Positions 9,210-19,221 of a stretch of 64,000 bases of DNA are shown piece by piece (position 1 is the stretch's first letter; every line of letters starts with the position of its first letter). A program made the translations under genes and the position numbers. Under the pieces are notes generated by a model that saw only the letters and a list, made by a program, of their open reading frames with translations, ran no database searches and was not told the DNA's origin. The stretch is taken from the sequence record NC_049851.1; one strand, given 5' to 3'.

Positions 9210-9473
9210 CTAACCCTTATTCGTCATAACATGGAAATACAGGATTCCCCCAATGTCGGCACGCGGTGCGCGCGACTCGTAACGGCGTGTGAAGTGATTG
9301 TAATAAGTGCCTGAGACCATACGCGACTGATTGCTGTACATGCGAGCCAGACCCGCGTCAACTAGGGCACGCGCCGCCTGTGCCTGACGTGCGCCCACAA
9401 CCGGCACGCTATCGGCGTCGCCCCGCGCGTCTAACAGGGCCTGCATTGTCTTCGTGATCTTAACCATGCTCAA
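9210..9473 (-). CDS. hypothetical protein
   Basis: AAGGA RBS; overlaps the previous stop. Confidence 0.65.
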   Translation of the reverse strand: MSMVKITKTMQALLDARGDADSVPVVGARQAQAARALVDAGLARMYSNQSRMVSGTYYNHFTRRYESRAPRADIGGILYFHVMTNKG

Positions 9474-9697
9474 TCCTTGTCCTGTGGCGCAAACGGGCTG
9501 ATTACTCGCCCCTCTTTTCCTGCCCGATACCCGCGTTTCAACCCTTGCACAAATCCCGAAACACAGGCACGAATGACGTGCATTCCAACATACACGGCGT
9601 TAGCACCTTCGCCCGCGATGCCCGCGCCGTTTGCGAGCATGCAGACGACGACAATTAGGGCGGCCCGACGCGCCCACTTACCCGCGCCCGGCTTCAC
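9470..9697 (-). CDS. putative membrane protein
   Basis: hydrophobic segment AALIVVVCMLANGAGIA. Confidence 0.55.
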   Translation of the reverse strand: MKPGAGKWARRAALIVVVCMLANGAGIAGEGANAVYVGMHVIRACVSGFVQGLKRGYRAGKEGRVISPFAPQDKD

Positions 9698-9873
9698 AGC
9701 GTGATATCAGGAAACACGCCCGGGCGTGCGGCTCGAACCTGCACAGCGGAACCGGGGAACATGACACGGCCAAGCCATGCGCCTGCCTCGTCGCCCGAGG
9801 CACAGCGGACAAGGCGCGTGCGCACCACGTTAGAGCCGTCGCGAATCACACAAAACCAGATATCCTTGTCCAT
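9694..9873 (-). CDS. hypothetical protein (59 aa, MDKDIWFCVIRDGSNVVRTR...)
   Basis: read by hand; RBS after promoter 9933; GTGA overlap with the next ORF. Confidence 0.65.
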   Translation of the reverse strand: MDKDIWFCVIRDGSNVVRTRLVRCASGDEAGAWLGRVMFPGSAVQVRAARPGVFPDITL

Positions 9874-10435
9874 CGTCCCTACCCCTTACCCTTCGTTGAC
9901 GGTAACGCTATCCTAATCCAGACAATCCGCCACGTCAACAATAACCCCTCGTTTCAGTCGGGTTTATTTCTGCACAGAAACCCCACACAATCCGGGGTTA
10001 TTCCCGTGCCCGGCTAACCACTCGCAGCACGCTACTTTCTTCATTATAAACACGCGCTACAGCCCCTTAAACGGGCCGCCTGTAGTTTCCCCTACCCATC
10101 AGTCAATCACGCGCACCGGGCCGCCTGAGCGCGTTCTCTGCGTCTATGCGTTCGTCAGGAATGCAGCGCAATGCGGGGCCCGGGCCCGGGCCATTGATCG
10201 GGAATCCTGACGATCCGGGCTCGCGCGATTAGATGATTCGCACTACCGACGAATGCGGTACTTGACGCGCTGCCCCGTCTGTGCCGTGTGCGATGCCCCG
10301 CCCGGGCCCCGCCCCATCCGGTTTTCGTTAGCACAACTAATCGCGCTCGTCAACTATACCCCCTCCCCCCATCCGGTTTTTAGCACCCCCTCCCCCTATC
10401 TGTGGTAGTAAGGTATCCTACCAAAACCCCGTTTT

Positions 10436-10552
10436 CGGGCCCGGGGTTTTTCGTGAAATAAACAGGGGGTCTAATTCGCGTGCGTAAGGTATCCCCCGGA
10501 TGCTGGGTGCGGGCCCGGGGTTTTTCGTGAAATAAACAGGGGGTCTAATTCG
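10436..10552. repeat. two identical 43-bp direct repeats in a non-coding gap
   Basis: CGGGCCCGGGGTTTTTCGTGAAATAAACAGGGGGTCTAATTCG at 10436-10478 and 10510-10552. Confidence 0.9.
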
Positions 10553-10637
10553 TGTGCGGTGCGCGTGTGCCGCGTATAAACGGAAAAGGGGAACCCCTAT
10601 CATGCAGGTTCCCCTATCTGGCGTGCGTGCTGTGTGT

Positions 10638-10934
10638 CTAGTCCGCTGCGCCTGCGTCTACGTGGTGCGATTCCACAAGCGTATGCCCGTGTTCTACTGC
10701 ATAGGCGCGCACCCGCTCGATTACGTGTTCAACGATCCAGCGTTCGGGGCCCTGTATCGTGAGCGTAACCCGGTTAGCCCATTGCTTAGAACGGACGTGC
10801 GCACCACAGGCCCGGGCTTCTGCGTGTACGTGATTCACGAACGCGCGGCGCGCATCCGCGAACGCGTTATCGTTGTCGGATACGCGATAGTGCATGGTCG
10901 CGCTATATGTTGCGGTGATGTTAATCACGATCAT
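10638..10934 (-). CDS. hypothetical protein
   Basis: ATG 10934 with GGGGG RBS overlapping the previous gene. Confidence 0.6.
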   Translation of the reverse strand: MIVINITATYSATMHYRVSDNDNAFADARRAFVNHVHAEARACGAHVRSKQWANRVTLTIQGPERWIVEHVIERVRAYAVEHGHTLVESHHVDAGAAD

Positions 10935-11184
10935 TTCCGCCCCCGTCGAATTCATGCCCCATATTCAGGGCATAGGCGGCGCGGGCCTCCCGTTCCCAGT
11001 CGGGGCTTAACGAATCCGTGCGCGTCGCACACACGATATCCTCGTCGTCTGCCTCAATATCACCCGCACAAAACGGGGCTAACTCATATACCCGTGCCGT
11101 GTCCCGGTTGTCTAGCAGCGATGCCGGGACGCACACGCTACCGTGTGTAGTTTCGAGTGCGAAATACTTGGTTTCCGTAACCAT
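10921..11184 (-). CDS. acidic hypothetical protein
   Basis: start moved to ATG 11184 (GGGGG RBS). Confidence 0.65.
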   Translation of the reverse strand: MVTETKYFALETTHGSVCVPASLLDNRDTARVYELAPFCAGDIEADDEDIVCATRTDSLSPDWEREARAAYALNMGHEFDGGGNDRD

Positions 11185-11201
11185 ATCCGTTCCCCCGTGC
11201 T

Positions 11202-11387
11202 TTACTTGGTGAGTGCGTCGAGCCCGTAGAGCACGAACAACGTGAACAGCGTGCCACACATGATAGAGCCCATAATCACGGTCACGGGGCTGGATTTGTG
11301 GGCTTGTTGCGAACGCGGGTGCGGTGCCTGCGTGTACGCGCGCCTGATCTTTGCACGTTGCTCTGCGTTGCCGTATCCGTATTTCAT
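11202..11387 (-). CDS. small membrane protein
   Basis: C-terminal hydrophobic helix VIMGSIMCGTLFTLFVLYGL. Confidence 0.6.
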   Translation of the reverse strand: MKYGYGNAEQRAKIRRAYTQAPHPRSQQAHKSSPVTVIMGSIMCGTLFTLFVLYGLDALTK

Positions 11388-11470
11388 GGTCTTGTCCAAT
11401 GGGTTAGTTGATGTGGTGATTATGGGGGCTGGCTGCGCCCCCGTCAACTATACCCGTTTAGAGTGTGGGG

Positions 11471-12475
11471 TTATTCTGCTTTGTTCGCGACGAACGCGAG
11501 GGCCTGTACTTCTGCGGCCTGCACGCGTTTATACTCGGCTTCGCTGACAGCCCGGCCCCCGATCCGGATACGCGCCGGAAACTGGTTGAAAATCTCACCC
11601 CGAACACTCGTATTGATGATGATACGCTGGTTGATTACCACGCGTTGACCTACGGGCGTGCGGCCCGTCAACAGGAATTCGTAACCCGTGATCGATTGGA
11701 AAGCCGGGTCTTTCAGGTCGCCCGCCTTCGACATTACCTTGTGCTCTACGCTGTCACGCACGGCGCGGGCGTAGTCTGCGGCACGGGCGCGAAGGCGTTC
11801 GGCGTTGATCGAACCATCGCCATTCGTGCATGCGCGCAGTGTCGAGGCGTAGAATTTCGACCATGCCTTATCGCGGGCGATGCCAGCCAGCAGGGGCCCG
11901 AATTTTGCGACTGCCTGAGCGTGTCGCGCGCTCACGTAGTCTTCGAATTGTGCGACGAGCGCCGGGCCCTGTGCATCGAGTGCGGCGCGCACCACTTCCG
12001 ACAGAACGGGGGCGGACATGGTGCGTTCCACGTGTGCGCGCTGTGAGGTTGCGGCCCGCGTCTCGCGCTTCGCGATCCGGGCTTTTGCGGCCTTCAACGC
12101 GGCTTCAACCTCAATCCATTCCGCAAACAGGTGCACGGCCGTGCGTGCGATAGCGTGTCGGCCAGCGAGTGCGACGGCCGCCCGGTGCATGCGCTTCACA
12201 CTCGGCAGGTTCGACGCATCATAATACAGGTCTTGCAATTCGTCGGGGCGCGGGAACGCGAGCGCCAGATAGGGGGCGCGCACCGCCCATTCCATCAGGT
12301 TTTCATAGACGGTCGTGAGTTCCGCGCGCATTTCCTTGTAATCGACGGCGCGCATGCTATCGGTGCCGCAAAGCTGGGCGATACGCGAATCGAACGCGTT
12401 GATAGCACGTGCATTGTGCGGACGATCCGACAGCAGAATGCGGGCGAGTGCGGCGCGCGTGTTTTGCAGTTCCAT
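11471..12475 (-). CDS. hypothetical phage protein (334 aa)
   Basis: start moved to ATG 12475 (AAGGGG RBS); TAA inside the box. Confidence 0.85.
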   Translation of the reverse strand: MELQNTRAALARILLSDRPHNARAINAFDSRIAQLCGTDSMRAVDYKEMRAELTTVYENLMEWAVRAPYLALAFPRPDELQDLYYDASNLPSVKRMHRAAVALAGRHAIARTAVHLFAEWIEVEAALKAAKARIAKRETRAATSQRAHVERTMSAPVLSEVVRAALDAQGPALVAQFEDYVSARHAQAVAKFGPLLAGIARDKAWSKFYASTLRACTNGDGSINAERLRARAADYARAVRDSVEHKVMSKAGDLKDPAFQSITGYEFLLTGRTPVGQRVVINQRIIINTSVRGEIFNQFPARIRIGGRAVSEAEYKRVQAAEVQALAFVANKAE

Positions 12476-12707
12476 GGTCTTTCCCCTTCCGGGTTCGTTG
12501 AGCGTGGACAAATAGTAACAGCCCCTTAGAGGGGCCGTCAACAATAACCGACTAAATTAGTCGGTCTTTATCCTGTGCTAACCGTCTTCTGCACGATAGC
12601 CCCGATCCAGTCGGCCGGAATCACGCTGACGGTGCGTGTCACGTCCCCCGCTTCGTCTTCCGATCCGGTCTGTACCGTATGCGTCAGGGGCCGGGGCCCC
12701 CATCCCC

Positions 12708-13217
12708 TTACGCTGCGCGGGCCAGCAGACCGGCCAGCAGACCCGAGCGCGGGGCCGTGCGGCGGTTCTGGGTGCGCGCCATCGCACGCTTGACCATGCG
12801 CCGGGCCGTGCGCGACAGTGCGGCCGGTTCCGGTTGCGTTTCCTGTGCGGCCTTCGCGTCGAGCGCGGCGCGCGCTTCGTCGGTCGTCGTGCCTTCCGGA
12901 ACGATCACGTTTTGCAGCGTTGCCAGCTTCGCGACCGGCGCGGCCTTCGGCTCGCGTTCAGCCTTCGGGGCTTCGACGGCCGGGGCCTCGTCGGCTTCGA
13001 AGTTTTCCGGACGGCTCACGCTGAACGTGACACCCGAGCCCGCGACCGTGAACGTATGCGATTCGTCGTCGGTCACGGTCGAGGTTGCGGCTTCACGTGC
13101 GACGCTGCGCGACAGGCCCAGCGCCATCATTGCCTTGACGGCCGCTTCTTTCGACGTGAACGCTTCGACGTTGCCGTTTGCAGCCGTGCGGATCGCGATG
13201 ATGTTTGCCTTTGCCAT
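12708..13217 (-). CDS. Ala-rich hypothetical protein with a basic C-terminus
   Basis: GGAG RBS after promoter 13309. Confidence 0.75.
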   Translation of the reverse strand: MAKANIIAIRTAANGNVEAFTSKEAAVKAMMALGLSRSVAREAATSTVTDDESHTFTVAGSGVTFSVSRPENFEADEAPAVEAPKAEREPKAAPVAKLATLQNVIVPEGTTTDEARAALDAKAAQETQPEPAALSRTARRMVKRAMARTQNRRTAPRSGLLAGLLARAA

Positions 13218-13364
13218 TTTCAAATCTCCGTTTGGTGAGAGTGTGCTACGTGGTTAAGTGGGTGTTGCGTGATTCGTTAAGACAGATTGTAGGGGACTAA
13301 ATTTTGTACGTCAACTAATCCCCTTCAATTTGTGGGGTCTTTTTCGCAGACCCCGGCGCGTTCG

Positions 13365-13622
13365 TTATTGCCAGCAGCGCGAGACGGTGCCAGACACGTA
13401 CATCGTGAGCGTGTTATCGTCAAACGCCCGGGAAAACTTGTAAGCCACGTCCCCCAGAAGGGCCGAACCGGTCGCCCGAATGCTCAACATTTCGTTGAAG
13501 CCTTCCGCATCGGCCCCGATCATTTCGTGAGCGGATACGCAAACGAGCACATTGATTCGACCATTTTCGTCTACGCTCGTCGTCGTGCCGTTCGGCAGGG
13601 TAATCAGTTCACGCATTTTCAT
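13365..13622 (-). CDS. hypothetical protein
   Basis: after promoter 13679. Confidence 0.7.
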   Translation of the reverse strand: MKMRELITLPNGTTTSVDENGRINVLVCVSAHEMIGADAEGFNEMLSIRATGSALLGDVAYKFSRAFDDNTLTMYVSGTVSRCWQ

Positions 13623-13738
13623 TCCCTAGTTGTGTTGCGTTAATCGATGAAGCAGATTGTAGGGCAATCATTTCCGCCCGTCAACAATACCCCTACAATT
13701 TGCGGGGTCTTTACGGCAGACCCCGGGGCCGGTGCGCG

Positions 13739-14335
13739 TTAGATCGCGCGGATGACTTGATAGCCCAGTTTCGACAGGCGGTCGATGCCCCCGACCGTAT
13801 ACAGGCTCGTATAGTGGCCGGTCTGGCGGTCGCCTGCCCAGTTCGCAAACTGCATGCCCAGTTTGTCGGCCTTGTCGCGCCACTCTGCATGGAATTCACG
13901 CATGCGCGCGTCGTCCGCGCCCTGTGCCGTCAGTGCCCTGTGAACCTTGAGGTAGGACGCGAGCATGCGTTCGGTGGACGGGTTGCGGCTGCTGTGGTCG
14001 TACAGGGTAACGCCGTCGATAACCATCCCGCGCATCGCCGCCACTACCTTGTCATAGCCGCCCCCGCCTGCCCGGCCCTGTTGGCATTGCATCGCGTCGA
14101 ACGAGCGGGCGTGTTCCGGCTTGCCGTACACGAACGTTTCGCCTTTCTTCAGGCCCCCGACCGCGCGCATGCTCCGGAACGTGGCATCGTCCGACGTGTG
14201 AAACACGTCAACCGTAACGGTTCCGCTATCAGCGTAATGTGCATGGATGGTCGCGACGTGGACACCCCGACGATTGAGGATGACCCATGCGCTGATACTG
14301 CGCCCGGCCGCCGTTTCTCGTACTTGCTTTGCCAT
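13739..14335 (-). CDS. hypothetical phage protein (GGGYDK motif)
   Basis: GGAG RBS after promoter 14408. Confidence 0.8.
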   Translation of the reverse strand: MAKQVRETAAGRSISAWVILNRRGVHVATIHAHYADSGTVTVDVFHTSDDATFRSMRAVGGLKKGETFVYGKPEHARSFDAMQCQQGRAGGGGYDKVVAAMRGMVIDGVTLYDHSSRNPSTERMLASYLKVHRALTAQGADDARMREFHAEWRDKADKLGMQFANWAGDRQTGHYTSLYTVGGIDRLSKLGYQVIRAI

Positions 14336-14446
14336 GATGCTAACTCCGTTTGGTTTGTGCTGCGTTGTGTGAATCGATGTATGAATTATGCCCGCGTCTT
14401 TTTGGCCCGTCAACAGTACCCGAGTATTTTAGTCGGGTATTGTGAC

Positions 14447-14469
14447 AAAAGAAGGGGCCCGTAGGCCCC
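14447..14469 (-). terminator. intrinsic terminator
   Basis: GGGGCC hairpin followed by a T-tract on the minus strand, next to the box. Confidence 0.7.
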
Positions 14470-14475
14470 AGCGCA

Positions 14476-15006
14476 TCAGACGATTACACCCCGATCCGTG
14501 ATCGCGTAGCATTCGCGCACGTCGTTACCCAGAAACCCGACGACGAACGTAACGCGGTCGGTGTCCTGCCCCTCCCGTTCGACGTACAGGGTGCATCGCA
14601 TTTCCCGGCCGTCGCGCGTCCACGAACCGCACGACGCGACACGCCAGCCCCGCATATCGTAGGATTCGCGCGCCTCGTCCGCGCGTTCGGTGCGCGTATC
14701 CTCGTCATACTCGAATTCCGCGTCATACGTATCCGCGAGATATTCGCGGGCTTCTTTCTCCGTCGCGTGCACCGTCCAATCGGTACGGTCGAGATAGCCC
14801 GGGGCCGTCATCCGCGCCAGCCAGCCGTCGCGCGGCTCGATTACCTCGTCGGCGTCATAGGGCTTCCCCTCCAGATAGTTCGCGAACGCTTCGACGTGCG
14901 TTCCGACCGTGCGCCCGATAACGTCGGCCGGGACAATCTCCGTCCCGTGATCGGTGTCGATGCTGAAGTATTGACCGAATTCGACATGCGGAATCATGTG
15001 TGACAT
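14476..15006 (-). CDS. acidic two-module hypothetical protein
   Basis: GAGGGG RBS after promoter 15073. Confidence 0.8.
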   Translation of the reverse strand: MSHMIPHVEFGQYFSIDTDHGTEIVPADVIGRTVGTHVEAFANYLEGKPYDADEVIEPRDGWLARMTAPGYLDRTDWTVHATEKEAREYLADTYDAEFEYDEDTRTERADEARESYDMRGWRVASCGSWTRDGREMRCTLYVEREGQDTDRVTFVVGFLGNDVRECYAITDRGVIV

Positions 15007-15104
15007 GGTGCGCCCCTCTAGGCTTGGTGTTGCGTTGAAAGTGAGACTATTGTATGCGGGCCCGTGTAGGCCCGTCAACAATAAACCCCTTGCGTGTAGG
15101 GTTA

Positions 15105-15647
15105 TTACAGAACCAGTGTTCCGTTATTGATGAGGTAAGACCCGATTGCGGCAACCCGGCCGCGCGCTTGCGCGTCCTTTCGCAGTTCGTGCAGTTCGTC
15201 GGGTTCCATGCTCGTGAGAATGCGCGCCGCCATGGTTTCGGCCGCGTGCACTTCGCGATCTTCGGATTCTGCGACAGCGCGCAGCATGTCGGCCACTTCT
15301 ACCATGTGCCACTTGGCGCGCAGCACGCCCGCGATATCCTGTTCCGTAATTTCGGGCAGATTAACGAGGTCGAGCGGATCGGCCGTGCATGAGGCAAAAA
15401 GCACGCCGTCGGCCGTGTGCAGGGTGACGCTGCGCAGACTCTGCCCCTTGAGCACGCGCCCGAGCGTGTCGGGCAGGGACGTAACGCAGACCGCATAGAG
15501 CGCGGCGTCCGGGCTCGCGACAATGACGATAGATGAATTCTTGTCCATCGCCTTTTTGAAACCCGTTTGCATCAGGTCAACGCATGCGCCTTCGCCAATC
15601 GAGCGGCCCGCATTGTGAATTTTGATTGCGTGCATGATAGTTCCCAT
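15105..15647 (-). CDS. hypothetical protein
   Basis: after promoter 15694; TAA abuts the box. Confidence 0.75.
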   Translation of the reverse strand: MGTIMHAIKIHNAGRSIGEGACVDLMQTGFKKAMDKNSSIVIVASPDAALYAVCVTSLPDTLGRVLKGQSLRSVTLHTADGVLFASCTADPLDLVNLPEITEQDIAGVLRAKWHMVEVADMLRAVAESEDREVHAAETMAARILTSMEPDELHELRKDAQARGRVAAIGSYLINNGTLVL

Positions 15648-15733
15648 GTGAGTGATGAATCGATGAGTGAATTATGCGCCCTTGTCTTCAGCCCGTCAAC
15701 AATACCTGAGTAAAGCAGTCGGGTATTGGTGCC

Positions 15734-15757
15734 AAAGAAAAGGGGCCTAGGCCCCTT
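15734..15757 (-). terminator. intrinsic terminator
   Basis: AAGGGGCC-TA-GGCCCCTT plus TTTTCTTT; the same sequence recurs at 18240-18263. Confidence 0.75.
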
Positions 15758-15760
15758 CCC

Positions 15761-16567
15761 TCAATTAACGGCAGTCGGTCGCGTGATAACCGTCTGTTTC
15801 AGGTCGTTATAGAGTTTGTGCTCTTTGACTGCGGCCCGGACGTGTACGCGGTCGCCTTCCGCGCGGAACAGTCGGCAATTGCCCTTGTGAACAACCGTAG
15901 CCCCCGACACGTCGCGCATGATCGTAAGGTAGCAGGGGCCAAACGAACCGAACGCGGCCCCCGTGTCGAGTGTGAAGATTTTTTGAATGGTCATTTCGAA
16001 TTCACGACGTTCCCCGACGGTGCCAAGGTATGCCGCGTTTTGCACCTGCTCGGCGCGGGCGCGAAGGCGCAAGACGGATGCTTGCGCGGCTTCTGCCTGT
16101 GGCCCTGTCAGGTAACCCCATTGTTCAAGCTTGCCAGCAAGCGACGACAGAAACTCGTTGTCCGCGAATTCATCGAGCATGCCCGCGAGCCCCGGATATT
16201 CGGCGTCGAATGCTGCGCGCTTGTCGGCCTTCGCGGCTTCGCGTTCGGCGTCCCGGGCCGCCTGTTCGGCCGCGCGCTTTTCCTGCGCCTTAGCTTGGCG
16301 CTTGGTTGCGGACGCAACCAGCTTTGCGAGGCGTTCGCCCGTGTAGACTTTCGTCAGGGCCGGGGTGCCTTGACCCGAACCCCCGCACTCGTAACACGTG
16401 TAACCCGTGTACGCCCATGCGTTCGAACGCCCGGCCCCGCCGCAACGATGGCACTTGCGGGGTTTGTAGAACGAGCCCGAGCCCTTAGCCGGGTCATAGT
16501 TCGTCGGAATCAGGCCCGCGTATGCCGTGCCGTCGCGGTAGAAAAGAGCGGGCTTTGCTTGTTCCAT
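15761..16567 (-). CDS. protein with a CxxCxGxG zinc-finger N-terminus and a probable OB-fold C-terminus
   Basis: CHRCGGAG and CYECGGSG repeats; beta-rich C-terminus YLGTVGERREF...QTVITRP. Confidence 0.7.
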   Translation of the reverse strand: MEQAKPALFYRDGTAYAGLIPTNYDPAKGSGSFYKPRKCHRCGGAGRSNAWAYTGYTCYECGGSGQGTPALTKVYTGERLAKLVASATKRQAKAQEKRAAEQAARDAEREAAKADKRAAFDAEYPGLAGMLDEFADNEFLSSLAGKLEQWGYLTGPQAEAAQASVLRLRARAEQVQNAAYLGTVGERREFEMTIQKIFTLDTGAAFGSFGPCYLTIMRDVSGATVVHKGNCRLFRAEGDRVHVRAAVKEHKLYNDLKQTVITRPTAVN

Positions 16568-16653
16568 CGTTGCACCTGTTTGGTTAGTCGATGGACAAAT
16601 AATAACGGGCCCCGAAAGGCCCGTCAACAATACCCGACTAAATCGCGGGGTCT

Positions 16654-17343
16654 TTACAGCACGTCCTTAAATTCGTCGTTCAGTCGCTTACGCTGGGCGC
16701 GCAGTTTCTCGATATGGTTACGCGTTTCTTCGCGCCAGATACCGGGGGCATTGCGCACGATCCAAAGGTCGCGCACACGCTGTTCCGTTTCTTCGATATC
16801 GGATTCGAGCCGTCGGGCCGCTTGCCATTTCGCGTCGTATTCCCGTTCGTCTTCCGCGTAGACGCACGCATGCGAATCGGCGTCCGCTGCGGCAGCGCGG
16901 TCACTGTCATAGACAGTCGTGAACACGACGTGTCCATCGTTGTCTGACGTGGTGTAACCCGCGAGATAACGGCCGTGCGTCAGGCGCACAAAGAACGGAC
17001 GCGCTACCTCCGTTCCGTCTTCGTCCGTGAACCATCCTTTGTGGCTGACGTAAGTGCGTCCCGAGCGCGGGTTTTCCGTTTCGTCCAGATAGCACACGCG
17101 GCCGGGCAGCGCGTCATCGTCAAATGTCGAATAGATATCGATCTTGCGGCCGTATTCCGTGTTGTAGCCCGCGCGCAGGCCCGAGTCGTTCGACAGGAAA
17201 TTTCCGAACCGGGCCGAACGCCAATCGATGAGTCGGCCGCCCTTCCCAGCGTTCACCTTGGCATTGTGGGATTCCACGTAGCCGCGAAGGTACGCGAGCC
17301 GCTTCCGTGCGCCAATGCGAAGGTTGCGATAGGTAGTGTTCAT
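16654..17343 (-). CDS. hypothetical phage protein (229 aa)
   Basis: after promoter 17411; TAA abuts the box. Confidence 0.8.
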   Translation of the reverse strand: MNTTYRNLRIGARKRLAYLRGYVESHNAKVNAGKGGRLIDWRSARFGNFLSNDSGLRAGYNTEYGRKIDIYSTFDDDALPGRVCYLDETENPRSGRTYVSHKGWFTDEDGTEVARPFFVRLTHGRYLAGYTTSDNDGHVVFTTVYDSDRAAAADADSHACVYAEDEREYDAKWQAARRLESDIEETEQRVRDLWIVRNAPGIWREETRNHIEKLRAQRKRLNDEFKDVL

Positions 17344-17477
17344 AATCGAATCCGTTTAGTTAATCCCGCGTCGCGCGGTATGAAAAGGATTGTACGCGTC
17401 TTATTCCCTGCGTCAACAATAACCCCGCGCAATGAGGGGTTATTGTTGAAGCACTCCGTAGAGTGCGGGCCGCGTCG

Positions 17478-17675
17478 TTAGCTCAGGCGATACGGCTGCG
17501 GGCGCAAAATCAGGTGCGAGCCGAACGCCATAACCAGATAGCCCGGGCCATACAGCAGAGCCTTAGCGGCCCCGAAAACGAGCGGCGGGGCCTGCACAAA
17601 GCACGTCGAGTAAACTGCAAACCCGACGACGATCAACAGCAGATTGAGCGCGTTCTCACGAATCCAGTATTTCAT
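17478..17675 (-). CDS. small two-helix membrane protein
   Basis: AAGGGG RBS; two hydrophobic segments. Confidence 0.65.
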   Translation of the reverse strand: MKYWIRENALNLLLIVVGFAVYSTCFVQAPPLVFGAAKALLYGPGYLVMAFGSHLILRPQPYRLS

Positions 17676-17685
17676 TTCGTTCCCC

Positions 17686-18144
17686 TTAGTTGAAGTAATC
17701 GCGGGCCTGCGCCTTCGCGAAGCGTTCAAGCGACGCATTACCGCGCAGCTTAATAGTTACGTCGCTGTCGCGCATGCACTCACGTGCGAGCGTGTCCCGC
17801 TTGCCGATCCGCACAACGTCGGATTGTTCAGTGTCGTATTGACCGTAAGCGACGCAGGCATCGATGAGAGTGGCCCAGTATTCATCAGTTTCGTATTCCG
17901 GGGCATCGTCTTCGCGACCGATTGCCGACAACACGTCGCGTTCGCGTGGCGTCCCGTGATCGGGGAACGTGACAGACAGCCGCTCAATCCAAAACTCGTT
18001 GTCCGCTAACCCGGCTTCAGAGCACGGGGTAATGCGCAGCACGTTTGCATAACCCCAGCCCCGGCGCGCACGGTCGAGTTCGTAGAAGTAGCCGCCATAC
18101 TCGATATTGATATCGCCGTGATAAAGAACCTGCGTGCGTTTCAT
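17686..18144 (-). CDS. acidic hypothetical protein
   Basis: GGGG RBS after promoter 18200. Confidence 0.75.
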   Translation of the reverse strand: MKRTQVLYHGDINIEYGGYFYELDRARRGWGYANVLRITPCSEAGLADNEFWIERLSVTFPDHGTPRERDVLSAIGREDDAPEYETDEYWATLIDACVAYGQYDTEQSDVVRIGKRDTLARECMRDSDVTIKLRGNASLERFAKAQARDYFN

Positions 18145-18239
18145 GATGTGCCCCGTTAGGCGTTGTCGATGTGTGAAGTATGCCCGGGCCCGCGAGGCGC
18201 GTCAACAGTACCTGAGTATTTTAGTCGGGTATTGCTGCC

Positions 18240-18263
18240 AAAGAAAAGGGGCCTAGGCCCCTT
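18240..18263 (-). terminator. intrinsic terminator
   Basis: identical to 15734-15757. Confidence 0.75.
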
Positions 18264-18360
18264 CCCTGTCACTTCCTGCCCGTACCGCTTGCGCGGGGCG
18301 GTCTCACGCCATACACTACCATTGTAGCACAGGCCGCCGCCCCTGTCAAGCCCCGGCCCC

Positions 18361-18528
18361 TCAGTCGTCAACCAGACTGAACGCGGGCCGTGCATGGGGT
18401 CGTATGTGTGCGGGGGCTTGCTGTGCCGCGTATGCTTCGGCCGCCCGCATGTCGTCTATCGCAGTTTGCAGGTGTTGCTTTTGGGTCTCCAGACTACAAA
18501 CTTCCCGCCAGAATTTATAGTTATTCAT
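18361..18528 (-). CDS. hypothetical protein (55 aa, MNNYKFWREVCSLE...)
   Basis: read by hand; weak RBS. Confidence 0.4.
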   Translation of the reverse strand: MNNYKFWREVCSLETQKQHLQTAIDDMRAAEAYAAQQAPAHIRPHARPAFSLVDD

Positions 18529-18603
18529 GTCAATTACCATACGCGCTCACTCGTCGGATGAAGGGCCCCCAGTATCCTACATCCGACGAATGCGCGCAAG
18601 GGG

Positions 18604-19221
18604 TCAGGCCGCCTTTTTCTCGCGCTCCGGGGCCGCCGCTTCGGCCGCCCCCGCCGCCTGCGCTTGTGCCTGCGCCTGCACGTTTCGCGCGTTCACGATC
18701 TCTTGTGCAAGGGACATGAGTTTCCCCGCGATCTCCAGCAATTCCTCCGGGGCGGCCGACGGGGGAACAGTGACGTGCATGTGCGCCGTGTCGAACCGGA
18801 TGCCGGGCTTACGGCCGCCGCCCGGCGCGCGCTCGCGCGAGCCTTTGCAGACCGTAACCAGTTCGTTCAGAGTCTTCAGCTTCAGCGGCTCGATTTTCTT
18901 GATGAGTGCGTCGACGAGCGCTTGCTTTTGCAGATCGCCCGCCCAGCTTCGCACGTCTTCCTCCCCGAGAAAATCGAAAAGCATGATCGCCCCGGCAATG
19001 CGGCGGTTCACGGTTTTCCAGTCGATCCCGGCCGGGGTGTCGCACTTGTAGCCCGCGTCAAAGAAAATCTTTTGAAGCTGGGCGCGGGCCAGACGGCGCG
19101 ACGGGTAGGAATCCAGAATGACCGCGAACCCGACCGCGATTTCGCACTGGAGCGCAACCTGACGGTTGAGCGCCGACTTTGCGATGATTTGCGAGTATGC
19201 ACGAATGTTCGTCTTGTTCAT
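18604..19221 (-). CDS. hypothetical protein (205 aa, helical, possibly DNA-binding)
   Basis: AGGGGG RBS; its upstream region lacks the 27-bp box. Confidence 0.8.
   Translation of the reverse strand: MNKTNIRAYSQIIAKSALNRQVALQCEIAVGFAVILDSYPSRRLARAQLQKIFFDAGYKCDTPAGIDWKTVNRRIAGAIMLFDFLGEEDVRSWAGDLQKQALVDALIKKIEPLKLKTLNELVTVCKGSRERAPGGGRKPGIRFDTAHMHVTVPPSAAPEELLEIAGKLMSLAQEIVNARNVQAQAQAQAAGAAEAAAPEREKKAA

Noticed and set aside
9715-9790. tRNA-like GGTTCGAGCC T-loop on the minus strand
   Set aside because: The T-stem has a G-G mismatch, there is no acceptor or anticodon arm, and the sequence is in frame within the RBS-supported ORF 9694..9873.
12575-12708. Possible unannotated ORF or frameshifted extension after 12708..13217 (...LTHTVQTGSEDEAGDVTRTVSVIPADWIGAIVQKTVSTG, stop abutting the box)
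   Set aside because: The frame looks protein-like, but I found no start codon or clear slippery site. It may be a remnant and cannot be supported.
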